Of a stretch of DNA of 64,000 nt, positions 46,495 through 56,530 are shown piece by piece. The translations under genes and the position numbers were made by a program. Origin of the DNA: Cyclobacteriaceae bacterium (GTDB taxonomy: Bacteria > Bacteroidota > Bacteroidia > Cytophagales > Cyclobacteriaceae); NCBI GenBank assembly GCA_016787645.1, contig JAEUUF010000020.1:138062-202061 (forward strand). The letters run 5' to 3'. Under the pieces are notes generated by a model. The model did no database searches, was not told where the DNA came from, and saw only the letters and a list, made by a program, of their open reading frames with translations. Within the stretch, counting starts at the first letter, position 1; the number at the start of each line of letters is the position of its first letter.

Positions 46495-49400
46495 TTACTT
46501 CTGGTTGCCGAGTCGCTTGAAATACTGATTGACTTCATTCTTGTAGTATGGATATAGCTTAGGCGGCACGGTTTTGAGCAATTCTACCTCTTTTTCTTTT
46601 AAACGTAAATAGTCCTCAAATGCCTTGGGAATTTCTTTCTGGTAGTCTTTAGCCGTCTCTCCTTTCCGCTCTTCGTCCAATTCCTGTTCCCGCATCGACT
46701 TCTCAGACTCCAGGAGACGCGTAATAATTTCCTTTTGCCTCCGCAAGGTTTGCTCCGTCAATTGCTTGTTAACAAGATCGATCTCGGTCTGTTCCATCTT
46801 TGCCGGCAAATCATTTCCAAAGGGCTGTCCTCCCTCCTGCTTCATCTTGTCTTGCATCTCTTGTAATGCCCTTCGAATTCGCTCCTGTTCGGCAGCCATC
46901 TTGGCCATCTCCTCAGAAAGTTGCCGCCCTCCTTTACCACTCTTTTTGATCTCCTCCATCTGCTGATTGAGTTGCATCTGCATCTCACTCAAACTCTTTT
47001 TTCCTTTCTGTTTCTTCCCCTTGCTCATCGAGGGCATCGCGTTTTGCATCATCTGCATCATCATCTCAAAATGATCATTCAACATCAGCGCAAGATTGTT
47101 CATGCTCGTCATCGACAATTGCATGTCCGCACTCGCATTGCTCTTCTTTCGCTCCTTGATGTTAACACTAGCTTTGTCAAGGTGATCATTCAGTTCCCCA
47201 ATCTCCCTGGTCACGATGGATCCCATAAAAGGATCCTTCTTGGCAAGCGCTAACAGGCTGTCTTCCAGCACTTTACTGTCATCTTTGATCTTTAATTGAT
47301 TCTGCGACAATTGCACATAAGCCGGGTCACTTTGCTGTACTCCGCTAAAATCTTTGATCAGTGACTCCTGGTCAAACGATAACTTGATTAGTCCATGAAT
47401 AATCTGACGCAAGGATTCAAGATTCTGTTGGTCAATTTCCATCTCCATCGAATTCTGCATGCCCTCCAGCCGCTCTTTCATTTTCTTCATCTGCTCCACC
47501 GATTTCTTCTGAGGAGCAGTAGCTTTTGAAGGGGACTTTTGCTCAAGCGACTCCTTGCTTTGTTTCTGGAGTTCTTGTACTTCGTCCATTTCTTGTGGAC
47601 CAGGTGCATTGGCCGGCTTATCCAATTCTTCACCCAACTTATTCAACTCTTCAAGGGATTTCTCAAGCCCCTCGGACTTCTTGGTCAGTTCTTCCTGGTC
47701 CTTGGCGAGCTCTTCCGCTGATTTTGGCTGCATTTCGCCCTCTTTGGCATCTTTGTCCCCCTCCTTCTTCTCGGTGGCCCCCTCCGGCTTTTCTCCGGCC
47801 AACTCCTGGGTTTGCTCCAGCAAGTCCTTTTGTTCTTCAATTTGCTTGGCCAAATCCTGGATGGCTTGATCTAGTTTATAGTCATATTGGAGACTTTTGA
47901 ATAATTCCAACGTGCGCTCAAGCTCTTTTTCAAGATTGATCTCCTGGCGGTCCATCTTGTCCAGCATCTTCTGGATTTGTGAAGGATCCTGATTCTCCCG
48001 CAGCATCTTTTCCAGCTCCTGGAAAAGTTTCTTCATCTCGTCATCGAGGAGCTCATTCATTAACTTTTGAATTTGCTCTGACTTTTCCCGGATACTCTCA
48101 TTTTGCTCCGAATATGCATTCTTCTTTTCCTCGAGCATTTTGTTCTGTTGCTGCAGATCCTCGATCATCTTGTCCAGGCTTTTTTTCTGCTCGATCAGGT
48201 CTTCGAGCATTTTTCGGTCTTGCCAGTCCAACGATTGTTTTCCCTTCAGCCGCTGCTCTGCCTCTTCAATGGATTCTTTGAGCGATTTGGCTTTGGAGAT
48301 GCTGCGCTCCATTTCACGCTCGGCCGTTGACTGGGAGCGTTTGATTTCCGATTTGAAGGCCTCATCGCCAGGGCGTTCAAATTGATAAACGACCGACCGG
48401 GTGGACTTATGCCCGTGAACGCCATCATTGTCCCAGACTTCAATGTAGTATTGCAACCGGTCACCCCCATTGAGATGCAACGAGTCAAGGTTCCATCGAT
48501 AGAAGAAATTTTGTTGTGGTGATGAAGATATTTCCAACGGAATGGTGCTTGAAATTTCCTTGGCCCCCTGCCGGGTGAGCTGATACTGAAGTGCCAGCCT
48601 GGTGATGCCGTAATCATCCTTGATCATTCCGGCGAGAAGAATGGTTTGAAAAAGCGCTGAGTCACGGAGCTGATCAACGGTGAGTGTCGGATATTGATCC
48701 TTGATCACATCTACCTGATACGAAATTTGGTCCTTGTTGCTGCTATTTTCATTGACCAGTGAAATGGAATAGCCATCTGGGTTAGAAAAACCCTTTCCGT
48801 ATGTAAATGACTGATCATCAACGGATTGCATAGGTTTTGGTGCTTGCTCTGAACTGAAAAAAATAGAGGCATTGCGGGTATTGGCCGTGGCAAGCGTCCA
48901 GGTTACCCGCGTCCCCTCAGGGACTTCCAGGTTGCCGATGTTTTGCAGCACCTGGGTGGGTCGTCCAATATATCTTGGAAAGCTAAGCTGAACGTTAAGG
49001 GCCATCAGTTCAGGCCGATTAACTATGCGGAGGACATACGTGTCCGAATAAAAGCCAGCTGCTTCAACTTGGAAGCTTATATCCTGCTGTGGCTTCTCAA
49101 ATAGATAAAAGAACGACCCCGCTTTTTTTTCAACAAGCTTGAGTCGTTGTCGACCAATGACCAGGTAGGCCGCATCGGGCAAGGCCTCCCCTTCCAGGTG
49201 AATGTTCAGTTCAAAATCCTCATTGGGAAAAGCCACCAGCTTTTCGTGATCGATGTAGAAACGGAAGGGTGCCTGCGGAGTGTATTCCTGGTCAAAGTTC
49301 ACGATGCGTTCGGCGCTTTGTGTTATGATCTTCTGATTGACCAGCGCAATGAGCGCAAAAGCAATAAACGGAATGGCCAGGTATTTCAAGTACCGCCGAT

Positions 49401-49848
49401 TCTCTCTCAGATCGATGATGCTGTCAAAAGTGAAGCCTGCAAAAAGGGTTGCTTTTTGTTCAAGACTTGCCTCGAGAAGTGGACCCCTGTGGCGGGTTGT
49501 TGTGGCCAATTGAAGGAAGTTCAGCAATCGATCCTGGATGGCCGGGAAATGATCTCCTATGATCCTGGCACTTTCCTCTTTGCCCAGCCCTTTCCCCGAA
49601 AGCCACCAAAGTAGCGGATCTCGCAAATAGCGGTACACGCAATAGCTTGCCGTTAGAAAAAAAAGAACAAACAGGGCAAACCGCACTTCCTTACCTAACC
49701 AAAGATTGTATTCCAATAAGCTTGCCAGGAGAAAATATCCAAGCAGGAGGGTTAAGGTCAGGATGGATCCGCGCAGAAACAAGTTGAGATAGTACTTCCT
49801 GCGAAAGGACGAGATGTTATCTGACACACGATCAAGTCGACTGCCCAT
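46495..49848 (-). CDS. DUF4175-family membrane-anchored large coiled-coil protein
   Basis: N-terminal TMs, DDYGITRL and DNDGVHGHK motifs, long Q/E/K-rich coiled coil, C-terminal YKNEVNQYF. Confidence 0.8.
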   Translation of the reverse strand: MGSRLDRVSDNISSFRRKYYLNLFLRGSILTLTLLLGYFLLASLLEYNLWLGKEVRFALFVLFFLTASYCVYRYLRDPLLWWLSGKGLGKEESARIIGDHFPAIQDRLLNFLQLATTTRHRGPLLEASLEQKATLFAGFTFDSIIDLRENRRYLKYLAIPFIAFALIALVNQKIITQSAERIVNFDQEYTPQAPFRFYIDHEKLVAFPNEDFELNIHLEGEALPDAAYLVIGRQRLKLVEKKAGSFFYLFEKPQQDISFQVEAAGFYSDTYVLRIVNRPELMALNVQLSFPRYIGRPTQVLQNIGNLEVPEGTRVTWTLATANTRNASIFFSSEQAPKPMQSVDDQSFTYGKGFSNPDGYSISLVNENSSNKDQISYQVDVIKDQYPTLTVDQLRDSALFQTILLAGMIKDDYGITRLALQYQLTRQGAKEISSTIPLEISSSPQQNFFYRWNLDSLHLNGGDRLQYYIEVWDNDGVHGHKSTRSVVYQFERPGDEAFKSEIKRSQSTAEREMERSISKAKSLKESIEEAEQRLKGKQSLDWQDRKMLEDLIEQKKSLDKMIEDLQQQNKMLEEKKNAYSEQNESIREKSEQIQKLMNELLDDEMKKLFQELEKMLRENQDPSQIQKMLDKMDRQEINLEKELERTLELFKSLQYDYKLDQAIQDLAKQIEEQKDLLEQTQELAGEKPEGATEKKEGDKDAKEGEMQPKSAEELAKDQEELTKKSEGLEKSLEELNKLGEELDKPANAPGPQEMDEVQELQKQSKESLEQKSPSKATAPQKKSVEQMKKMKERLEGMQNSMEMEIDQQNLESLRQIIHGLIKLSFDQESLIKDFSGVQQSDPAYVQLSQNQLKIKDDSKVLEDSLLALAKKDPFMGSIVTREIGELNDHLDKASVNIKERKKSNASADMQLSMTSMNNLALMLNDHFEMMMQMMQNAMPSMSKGKKQKGKKSLSEMQMQLNQQMEEIKKSGKGGRQLSEEMAKMAAEQERIRRALQEMQDKMKQEGGQPFGNDLPAKMEQTEIDLVNKQLTEQTLRRQKEIITRLLESEKSMREQELDEERKGETAKDYQKEIPKAFEDYLRLKEKEVELLKTVPPKLYPYYKNEVNQYFKRLGNQK

Positions 49849-49942
49849 GAGTTTAAAAACGCAAGTATTGGAACGTTAGTTTATCTCAACTTAAAGATAG
49901 TAACCGCTGCGTGATAACAGCGTTGAGGATGTGAGCGAGATA

Positions 49943-50320
49943 TCAAATACCTGAGTCGGCGGGAGGGTGCCATCCAAACTCCTTCTCAAAATATTCCAGG
50001 ACCTGAATTTTGAGGAGTTTTTCCTGCTCCAGCAGGTCAAAATGCGGGAGTTTCCTGGTCAACTTCCAGTGCGGCCAGCCATCACCATCCAGTCCTTCCA
50101 ACTCATAATAGCCCGCGTAACTGAGCACCTTGCAAATGGCGATGTGCATGAGGTCCTGCTTTTGCTCCTTGGTAAAGAGCTTATTTCCCTTTCCAAGTTC
50201 CTGAACGCCGATGAGGAAGAGCGTACCGTTGAGGTCTTTTGGACGCTGGCCCAGCATTCGTTCGATTTCTCCCATGAGCGCCTGCCAATGACGCTCTAAG
50301 GTTAGGTCACGCTTTAGCAT
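49943..50320 (-). CDS. Conserved-looking hypothetical protein
   Basis: LFLIGVQELG, KQDLMHIAIC and DGWPHW motifs. ATG 50320 overlaps the upstream gene's end by 14 nt. Confidence 0.7.
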   Translation of the reverse strand: MLKRDLTLERHWQALMGEIERMLGQRPKDLNGTLFLIGVQELGKGNKLFTKEQKQDLMHIAICKVLSYAGYYELEGLDGDGWPHWKLTRKLPHFDLLEQEKLLKIQVLEYFEKEFGWHPPADSGI

Positions 50321-50654
50321 GTTGCAGGGCTTCCCAATATTCAAAAGCGCGACGCAGGTGCGGGATGACGATCGTGCCGCCAATCAAGGTTGCCACGCCC
50401 ATGGCCTCATTTACTTGTTCCGTGGTCAGGCCCACGTCCTTGCACTTGCCCAAGTGATATTTTACACAATCGTCGCAGCGGAGTACGAGCGAGCAAGTAA
50501 GCCCGATCAATTCCTTGGTTTTGACATCGAGTACACCGGGGGCATAGGCATTCGTGTCAAGATTGAATATTCTTTTCAGGATTAAGTTGTCTGCGGCAGT
50601 GATCCGGTCATTCATCCGCTGACGGTATTCGTTAAATTGTCCCACGAGGTCCAT
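50307..50654 (-). CDS. Carboxymuconolactone decarboxylase (AhpD-like) family protein
   Basis: LDVKTKELIGL..LRCDDCVKYH (CxxC..H). Confidence 0.88.
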   Translation of the reverse strand: MDLVGQFNEYRQRMNDRITAADNLILKRIFNLDTNAYAPGVLDVKTKELIGLTCSLVLRCDDCVKYHLGKCKDVGLTTEQVNEAMGVATLIGGTIVIPHLRRAFEYWEALQHAKA

Positions 50655-50709
50655 AGCCTTTTGATGTTTTGGTCAAATATCCCGATACCCCGGGGGAATA
50701 CCAATGCAA

Positions 50710-51402
50710 ATGAAGAATACGATCCTGGAGGATTTTCTTTCCTTGTTTTTTCCGCGATACTGCCTTGGTTGTGCCGGTGCACTTCTCAGGGGAGAGGACA
50801 TTCTCTGCACCCGGTGTCTCACCGACCTGCCCAAGACACACTATCACAGAAGGGCCGAAAATCCAGTTTTGAACCGATTGGCGGGTCGTTTACCGCTGCG
50901 GCACGGATTTGCATTTCTCAAGTTCCGAAAGGGAGGTATGGTTCAGCACCTGTTACATCAATTGAAATACAATAACTGTCCGGAGATCGGGGAGAAGCTG
51001 GGTAAGGCCTATGGTCGTGAGCTGGCGGACGAGTCAATGGCAGGAGAGTTTGATCTGATTGTGCCGGTACCTCTACATCGATCACGGCTTCGACAGCGAG
51101 GCTACAATCAAAGCGCCCACTTTGCCAAAGGCCTGAGTGAGGCATTGCAAGTACCATGGGACGAAACCATTTCTATCCGCACGCTGGCCACCACTACGCA
51201 AACAAAAAAAGGTCGTGCTGAGCGCTGGGAAAATGTTCGTCACGGATTTTCGGTGAACGCAAATGTGGCCATAGCACAAAGGCGAGTTTTGCTTGTTGAT
51301 GATGTTATCACAACAGGAGCAACCCTGGAGGCTTGCGGCCAGCACTTGCTGGAGTGTGGCTGCGCATCGGTAAGTGTAGCCTGCATCGCGGAGGCACAAT
51401 AG
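50710..51402 (+). CDS. comF: ComF family protein (zinc ribbon + phosphoribosyltransferase)
   Basis: CLGC..C.RC, VPVPLH..RGYNQ, VLLVDDVITTGATL. Confidence 0.9.
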   Translation: MKNTILEDFLSLFFPRYCLGCAGALLRGEDILCTRCLTDLPKTHYHRRAENPVLNRLAGRLPLRHGFAFLKFRKGGMVQHLLHQLKYNNCPEIGEKLGKAYGRELADESMAGEFDLIVPVPLHRSRLRQRGYNQSAHFAKGLSEALQVPWDETISIRTLATTTQTKKGRAERWENVRHGFSVNANVAIAQRRVLLVDDVITTGATLEACGQHLLECGCASVSVACIAEAQ

Positions 51403-51405
51403 TTC

Positions 51406-51436
51406 AAAAAAAAACCCTTCTGTGAGAAGGGTTTTT
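51406..51436. terminator. Bidirectional intrinsic terminator between convergent comF and gldJ
   Basis: AAAAACCCTTC-TGTGA-GAAGGGTTTTT, an 11-bp stem with A9 and T5 flanks. Confidence 0.85.
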
Positions 51437-51456
51437 CTAATTCTGTTTTGAATCGA

Positions 51457-52701
51457 TTAGTAATTGGAACCAGCGCGGATCATTGCGCAACGGAAACCAA
51501 TGGTAGCCGTGGCAGAATCCTCATCAAGGAAACGACGGGTACCGGGAGACATCCAATAAGCCACATCTTTCCACGAACCGCCTTTGTACACGCGAGCCTT
51601 GTCGGTAATCAGCGAAGTGAACTGGGTCGGATCTTTCTCAATGTTATTATAGAGGTTTTCGCGTCCGTTGCCGCTGGCGTTATCAAGAAAACCATCGCGA
51701 CGGATCGGGTTCAGGTCGTCAAAATCCTGGTAGGAGAGAGGACGGTAAACATCCATTACCCACTCACTCACGTTGCCCGCCATATTATAGAGACCGAAAT
51801 CGTTCGGGGGGAATTCATAGATATAAGAAGTGATCAGGGCGCCGTCATTCAAACGACCTGCGATACCCGCATAGTCGCCTCGTCCACGTTTGAAGTTGGC
51901 AAGGAAAAAGCCCATTTGCTTTCCATAAGGGTTACGAAGTGCGTGTCCATCCCAGGGATAAATGCGCTGGTGGGTCTGCATTTCCTCAAGCCACTGGGTA
52001 CCAATGAGTGCTTGGGCAGCGTATTCCCATTCGGCCTCAGTGGGAAGGCGATAGGCGGGAATTACGACACCAGATTCCAGCGGGATACGGCCCCCGGCAG
52101 CTACTTCAGGAAGTTCTTGTCCAGATTCTTTGAGCAGTTGCTGGTTAACGGCGTTGGTCCGCCACTTTGAGTAGTTTGTTGCCTGCTTCCAGCTTACTCC
52201 CACTACAGGGAAATAGCGAAAGCCGGGGTAGCGCAGATAGTGATCAACATAAGGATCGTTGAAGGCCAGCTTTCCAACCCACACCGTGGTATCCGGGAGG
52301 GCTGCCTGATATACTTCCTGGGTGGAGTCTTTGGCCAGGTAGAACATGTATTCCAACCAGTGAATATTGGCAATTTCAGTCTCATCCATGTAGAAAGAGG
52401 CGACAGAGACTGTGCGCTCGATATTGTCGCGGTAGCTCATGACATCCTCTTCAAAGGAACCCATGATGGCGCGCCCGCCTTCGATGAAGACCGTATTGGG
52501 GGCATCAGGTTGACCTTCGAATCCGGGGACTTTGAAACCACCAGTTTCCTCATCGTTGTATTTGAGGTTGGTGGCTGTACTCATCTGGCCAGGGTTTATG
52601 GCCGTCGGTTTCGAGTTCTTTTTTCCAAAAGGAAGCAAAGAACAAGAGGCCATCAGAATAGCTCCGCCAACCAGAACGAATAGACTCCTTATACGCTTCA
52701 T
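51457..52701 (-). CDS. gldJ: FGE-sulfatase (SUMF1)-domain lipoprotein, probably gliding motility/T9SS protein GldJ
   Basis: Lipobox LMAS-C, FYMDETEIAN, YRLPTEAEWEYAA, MAGNVSEW, RVYKGGSWKD..IGFRCAM. GldJ vs GldK assignment is from recalled motifs. Confidence 0.72.
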   Translation of the reverse strand: MKRIRSLFVLVGGAILMASCSLLPFGKKNSKPTAINPGQMSTATNLKYNDEETGGFKVPGFEGQPDAPNTVFIEGGRAIMGSFEEDVMSYRDNIERTVSVASFYMDETEIANIHWLEYMFYLAKDSTQEVYQAALPDTTVWVGKLAFNDPYVDHYLRYPGFRYFPVVGVSWKQATNYSKWRTNAVNQQLLKESGQELPEVAAGGRIPLESGVVIPAYRLPTEAEWEYAAQALIGTQWLEEMQTHQRIYPWDGHALRNPYGKQMGFFLANFKRGRGDYAGIAGRLNDGALITSYIYEFPPNDFGLYNMAGNVSEWVMDVYRPLSYQDFDDLNPIRRDGFLDNASGNGRENLYNNIEKDPTQFTSLITDKARVYKGGSWKDVAYWMSPGTRRFLDEDSATATIGFRCAMIRAGSNY

Positions 52702-52884
52702 TTTATCGGGTGTTAGAGATCAAAGCAACCGCTAATATAGAAAGATAATTACGTGTTTTCCAACCCATAAGAATTTTTTGATGAATCCCTGATCGAGGTA
52801 AAAACAATGACTGGATAACGCTAACCGCCACCCATCTATTGCCTCCTGCTACAACTGATCCCCGGAAATTGGGTAGACTAAAGA

Positions 52885-55800
52885 TTACCCAGGCGCCACG
52901 TCCAGCGGGCTGAGGAGTTGAAGGGCAGAATCAACGGATGAGATATCTTCTACCGTAATCATCGGTTGACCAACGTGATCTTTGAGCCTGCACTGTTTCG
53001 GGTGACGTTGGATGAAAGCAAGCACACGGCCGAAGGTTTCTGACTTGAAATACTCATCGCGACCGACAAAAGTGGCTCTCATCCGGCCATTTTTCAAAAC
53101 CACCTTTTCAAATCCGAGTCGCTCGCAAATCCACCTTAGTCGTACGGTGTTCACCAATTGCATCACCGATGGCGGGCATTCTCCGAAGCGATCTTTAAGT
53201 CCGTTAATAAATTGTTGAAGCGTTGGTTCATCAGCGATGTCATCAAGTGTGGAGTACAGTTGTAGCCGTTCTCGTGTACTGGAAACATAGGTTTCAGGAA
53301 TGAGGATTTCCAGGTCTGTTTCGATCACACAATCCGGAACAATCTGTTTTGCCTTTTCTGAAAGTTCTTCGGCGAACAGATCTTTGAATTCACTCTCTTT
53401 TAGTTCCTGGATAGCGTCATCAAGAATCTTATGGTAGGTATCGAATCCCAGGTCATTGATGAAACCACTTTGCTCGGCGCCCAGAAGATTGCCGGCGCCC
53501 CGAATATCAAGGTCGCGCATGGCCACCTTAAACCCGTCGCCCAGTTCGGAAAATTCTTCGACGGCAGCCAGGCGTTTGCGTGAGTCAGAAGAGAGTACGG
53601 CCGTGGGGGGAGTAAGCAAATAGCAAAACGCTTTCTTGTTGGATCGCCCGACGCGGCCGCGCATCTGGTGAAGGTCGCTGAGCCCGAACATGTGCGCCTG
53701 GTTGATGATGATTGTATTGGCATTGGGAATGTCAAGACCAGACTCAATGATATTGGTGGACACGAGCACATCATACTCACCCTCGATAAACCGGACCATG
53801 ATTTTTTCCAGCTTGTCGCCATCCATCTGGCCGTGCGCAATTCCTATTCGGGCATCCGGAACAAGTTTGTAAATCGTGTTGGCAATGCTTTCAATGTCGC
53901 TGATCCGGTTATGCACGAAGAAAACCTGCCCACCTCTCCGGATTTCGTGACTGACGGCATCCCGAATAATCTCCTCATTGTAGGTGTGCAGTTCCGTAGT
54001 TACCGGCTGACGATTGGGTGGGGGTGTTGCGATAATGCTCAAGTCGCGTGCGCCCATCAGGGAGAAATGCAGCGTGCGGGGAATGGGAGTAGCGGTAAGC
54101 GTCAAGACATCGACACTGACGCGCAGTTCTTTGAGACGGTCTTTGGCCTTCACGCCAAATTTTTGTTCTTCATCAATTACCAGTAATCCAAGATTCTTGA
54201 ATTCAACGTCTTTGCTGATTACCCGATGTGTACCAATCAAGATGTTGACACTCCCTTCCTTGGTTTCCTGAAGTATCTTCTTGATATCGCGATCGCTTTT
54301 GAATCGGGATACGTACTCTATGCGCAACGGAAAATTGGCCAGGCGTTCAGAAAACGTCCGGAAATGTTGCATGGCAAGAATAGTGGTTGGAACAAGCACG
54401 GCCACCTGTTTTCCATCCGTAGTGGCCTTGAAGGCCGCACGAACCGCGACTTCGGTCTTTCCAAAGCCTACATCACCGCACACCAATCGGTCCATCGGAT
54501 GCGGTGACTCCATATCTTTCTTAACGTCATCAGTAGCCTTTGCCTGATCTGGCGTATCCTCGTAGATAAAGGATGATTCCAATTCCGCCTGTAGAAAACT
54601 ATCCGGTGAAAAGGCGAATCCGGGGGAGCGCTTTCGCTTTGCATACAGTTCGATCAGGTCGCGCGCAATGTCCTTGACCTGCTTGCGCACCCGTGCCTTC
54701 TTGTTTTCCCATTCGTCTGATCCCAGTTTGCTGATGATGGGTGCCGCTCCTTCACGACCGGAATAGCGTGAAATTTTATGAAGCGAGTGAATGCTGACAT
54801 ATAAGAGATCATTGTCACGGAAAACCAAACGTACCGCCTCCTGGTCGCGTCCATTCACCTCTTTCTTTTCCAGTCCGGCAAACTTTCCGATCCCGTAATC
54901 GATGTGCGTGACAAAGTCTCCGGGCTGCAGGCTTTGAAGCTCCCGAAAGGTTAATGCCTTGGACTTGGTGAGTTTTTCTTTGGTTCGGAACCGATGGAAT
55001 CGGTCAAAGATCTGGTGGTCCGTGTAACAGACCAACTTCAAGGAATGATCGACAAAACCCCGGCAAAGGGGAATGTCCAGGGATTGAAACTTTAAAGCGG
55101 GCTGGATTTCTTCGAAGATGCCATGAAGCCGATCTAGTTGGCGCCCTTGCTCGGCCGCTATGAAATTGGAGTATCCCTGAACCTGATGATCGATCAGGTT
55201 TTTAGCCAGCAATTCAAAATTCTTGTTGAACGAAGGCTGCGGGGAAGATTTGAATTCAAATAGCGGAGACGCCTGAAAATAAGACCGGCTTCCGAATTCG
55301 ATAATGCTTCGATGAGCAAGTTGACCGAAGAAAGCATCGGAAGTAACAAAAAGATGAAAAGGTTCCAACGCCAGTTTGGTCCCACCGCTTTCGCGAAGGA
55401 TTCGGTCAAAGCTATTGCTGGCCTTTTCAAAGCATGTAGCCAGGATGTCTGAAGTCCGTTGTACATCCTTGATCCAAATCCGCGCGTTACCCGGCAGGAA
55501 CTCCATCAACGACTGACGATCCTCTTTAACCAGCCGGGTTTGCACGTTGGGCATGAGATTGACCCTGGTCACTTCGGTTACCGAAAGTTGGGACCCTGGA
55601 TCAAAACTGCGGATACTGTCAACTTCATCGCCGAATAGCTCAATGCGATAGGGTAGTTCATGCGCAAAAGAGAAGACATCGATGATCCCACCCCGGATGG
55701 CAAACTGCCCTGCTTCGTAAACAAAGTCAGTCTTTTCAAAATCGTACGAGAACAGGAATTCTTCCAGGAATTCCAGGTTCAATTTTGATTTCAATTCGAC

Positions 55801-56235
55801 GGTGAAAGTGTTCTTGTTTAGCGAGCTCTTGGTAATTACTTTTTCTGAGAGGGCTTCCGGATAAGTGATGATGAGTTGAGCACCGGTGAGGGTTGAGAGG
55901 CTGTTGAGCGTTTCAGCGCGCATCAGCACGTTTGCATTTTCCGTCTCATCATATTCATACGCCCGCTTGTAGGACATCGGGAAAAAAAATACTTCCTTTT
56001 CACCGAGAAGGTTCTGCACATCGCTGAAGAAAGCCGCTGCCTCTTCTTTGTCATCGAGAACTACAAGGTGTGGAGTGCGCAGGGTGCGATGAAGTGCCGC
56101 GATAAAGACAGCGTCTTGGCTACCAGAAAGCCCCTTAATGCGCAAAGGGCGCGAAGCAGACGTACGAATTCCTTCGGCCAGGCTTTGGACCAGGCTGTCC
56201 GATTGATAGAGGATAAGAAAATCAGCCGCCCTCAC
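52885..56235 (-). CDS. mfd: Transcription-repair coupling factor
   Basis: VTHIDYGIG CarD/TRCF-RID region, CGDVGFGKT, DEEQKFG, HQMRGRVGRS, DLDIRGAGNLLG. Confidence 0.98.
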   Translation of the reverse strand: MRAADFLILYQSDSLVQSLAEGIRTSASRPLRIKGLSGSQDAVFIAALHRTLRTPHLVVLDDKEEAAAFFSDVQNLLGEKEVFFFPMSYKRAYEYDETENANVLMRAETLNSLSTLTGAQLIITYPEALSEKVITKSSLNKNTFTVELKSKLNLEFLEEFLFSYDFEKTDFVYEAGQFAIRGGIIDVFSFAHELPYRIELFGDEVDSIRSFDPGSQLSVTEVTRVNLMPNVQTRLVKEDRQSLMEFLPGNARIWIKDVQRTSDILATCFEKASNSFDRILRESGGTKLALEPFHLFVTSDAFFGQLAHRSIIEFGSRSYFQASPLFEFKSSPQPSFNKNFELLAKNLIDHQVQGYSNFIAAEQGRQLDRLHGIFEEIQPALKFQSLDIPLCRGFVDHSLKLVCYTDHQIFDRFHRFRTKEKLTKSKALTFRELQSLQPGDFVTHIDYGIGKFAGLEKKEVNGRDQEAVRLVFRDNDLLYVSIHSLHKISRYSGREGAAPIISKLGSDEWENKKARVRKQVKDIARDLIELYAKRKRSPGFAFSPDSFLQAELESSFIYEDTPDQAKATDDVKKDMESPHPMDRLVCGDVGFGKTEVAVRAAFKATTDGKQVAVLVPTTILAMQHFRTFSERLANFPLRIEYVSRFKSDRDIKKILQETKEGSVNILIGTHRVISKDVEFKNLGLLVIDEEQKFGVKAKDRLKELRVSVDVLTLTATPIPRTLHFSLMGARDLSIIATPPPNRQPVTTELHTYNEEIIRDAVSHEIRRGGQVFFVHNRISDIESIANTIYKLVPDARIGIAHGQMDGDKLEKIMVRFIEGEYDVLVSTNIIESGLDIPNANTIIINQAHMFGLSDLHQMRGRVGRSNKKAFCYLLTPPTAVLSSDSRKRLAAVEEFSELGDGFKVAMRDLDIRGAGNLLGAEQSGFINDLGFDTYHKILDDAIQELKESEFKDLFAEELSEKAKQIVPDCVIETDLEILIPETYVSSTRERLQLYSTLDDIADEPTLQQFINGLKDRFGECPPSVMQLVNTVRLRWICERLGFEKVVLKNGRMRATFVGRDEYFKSETFGRVLAFIQRHPKQCRLKDHVGQPMITVEDISSVDSALQLLSPLDVAPG

Positions 56236-56251
56236 GTTCCCTCAAAGGCTG

Positions 56252-56259
56252 CAAAAGTA
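56252..56259 (-). promoter_or_regulatory. -7 promoter element for mfd
   Basis: Minus strand TACTTTTG, 16 nt upstream of the GTG start. Confidence 0.55.
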
Positions 56260-56324
56260 GGGTGATGGTGACGTCCCTCCAAGCGCTCCTATAAGATGAT
56301 CCACACTATCTGAGGTCACTTTGT

Positions 56325-56332
56325 TATCTTTG
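56325..56332 (+). promoter_or_regulatory. -7 promoter element 3 nt before an ATG
   Basis: TATCTTTG-ATT-ATG. Confidence 0.5.
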
Positions 56333-56335
56333 ATT

Positions 56336-56530
56336 ATGGAGAATGTGAAGCTGTTGGTTCTCTTTCTTACGTTGACTTGCCTGCTCTTCCTGAGTATCGG
56401 GTTGGTCCGTCCGTGGGCAATGCTCTGGTGGGAGGATGTTCAGAACCGAATGAAAGTGATCAAGGCGTATGGATCACTGGCCATATTGTTTGGCGTGCTT
56501 TACAAGGCATTGGATTACTATTATCCCTAG
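56336..56530 (+). CDS. Small two-TM membrane protein
   Basis: 64 aa; hydrophobic helix, RPWAMLWWEDVQNR loop, second helix. Confidence 0.6.
   Translation: MENVKLLVLFLTLTCLLFLSIGLVRPWAMLWWEDVQNRMKVIKAYGSLAILFGVLYKALDYYYP

Noticed and set aside
52702-52884. 183-bp gap between gldJ and mfd as a possible ncRNA/tRNA; weak DnaA-box-like ACTGGATAA
   Set aside because: No cloverleaf or strong stem is recognisable; the isolated two-mismatch box is expected by chance; the gap is likely the gldJ promoter region.
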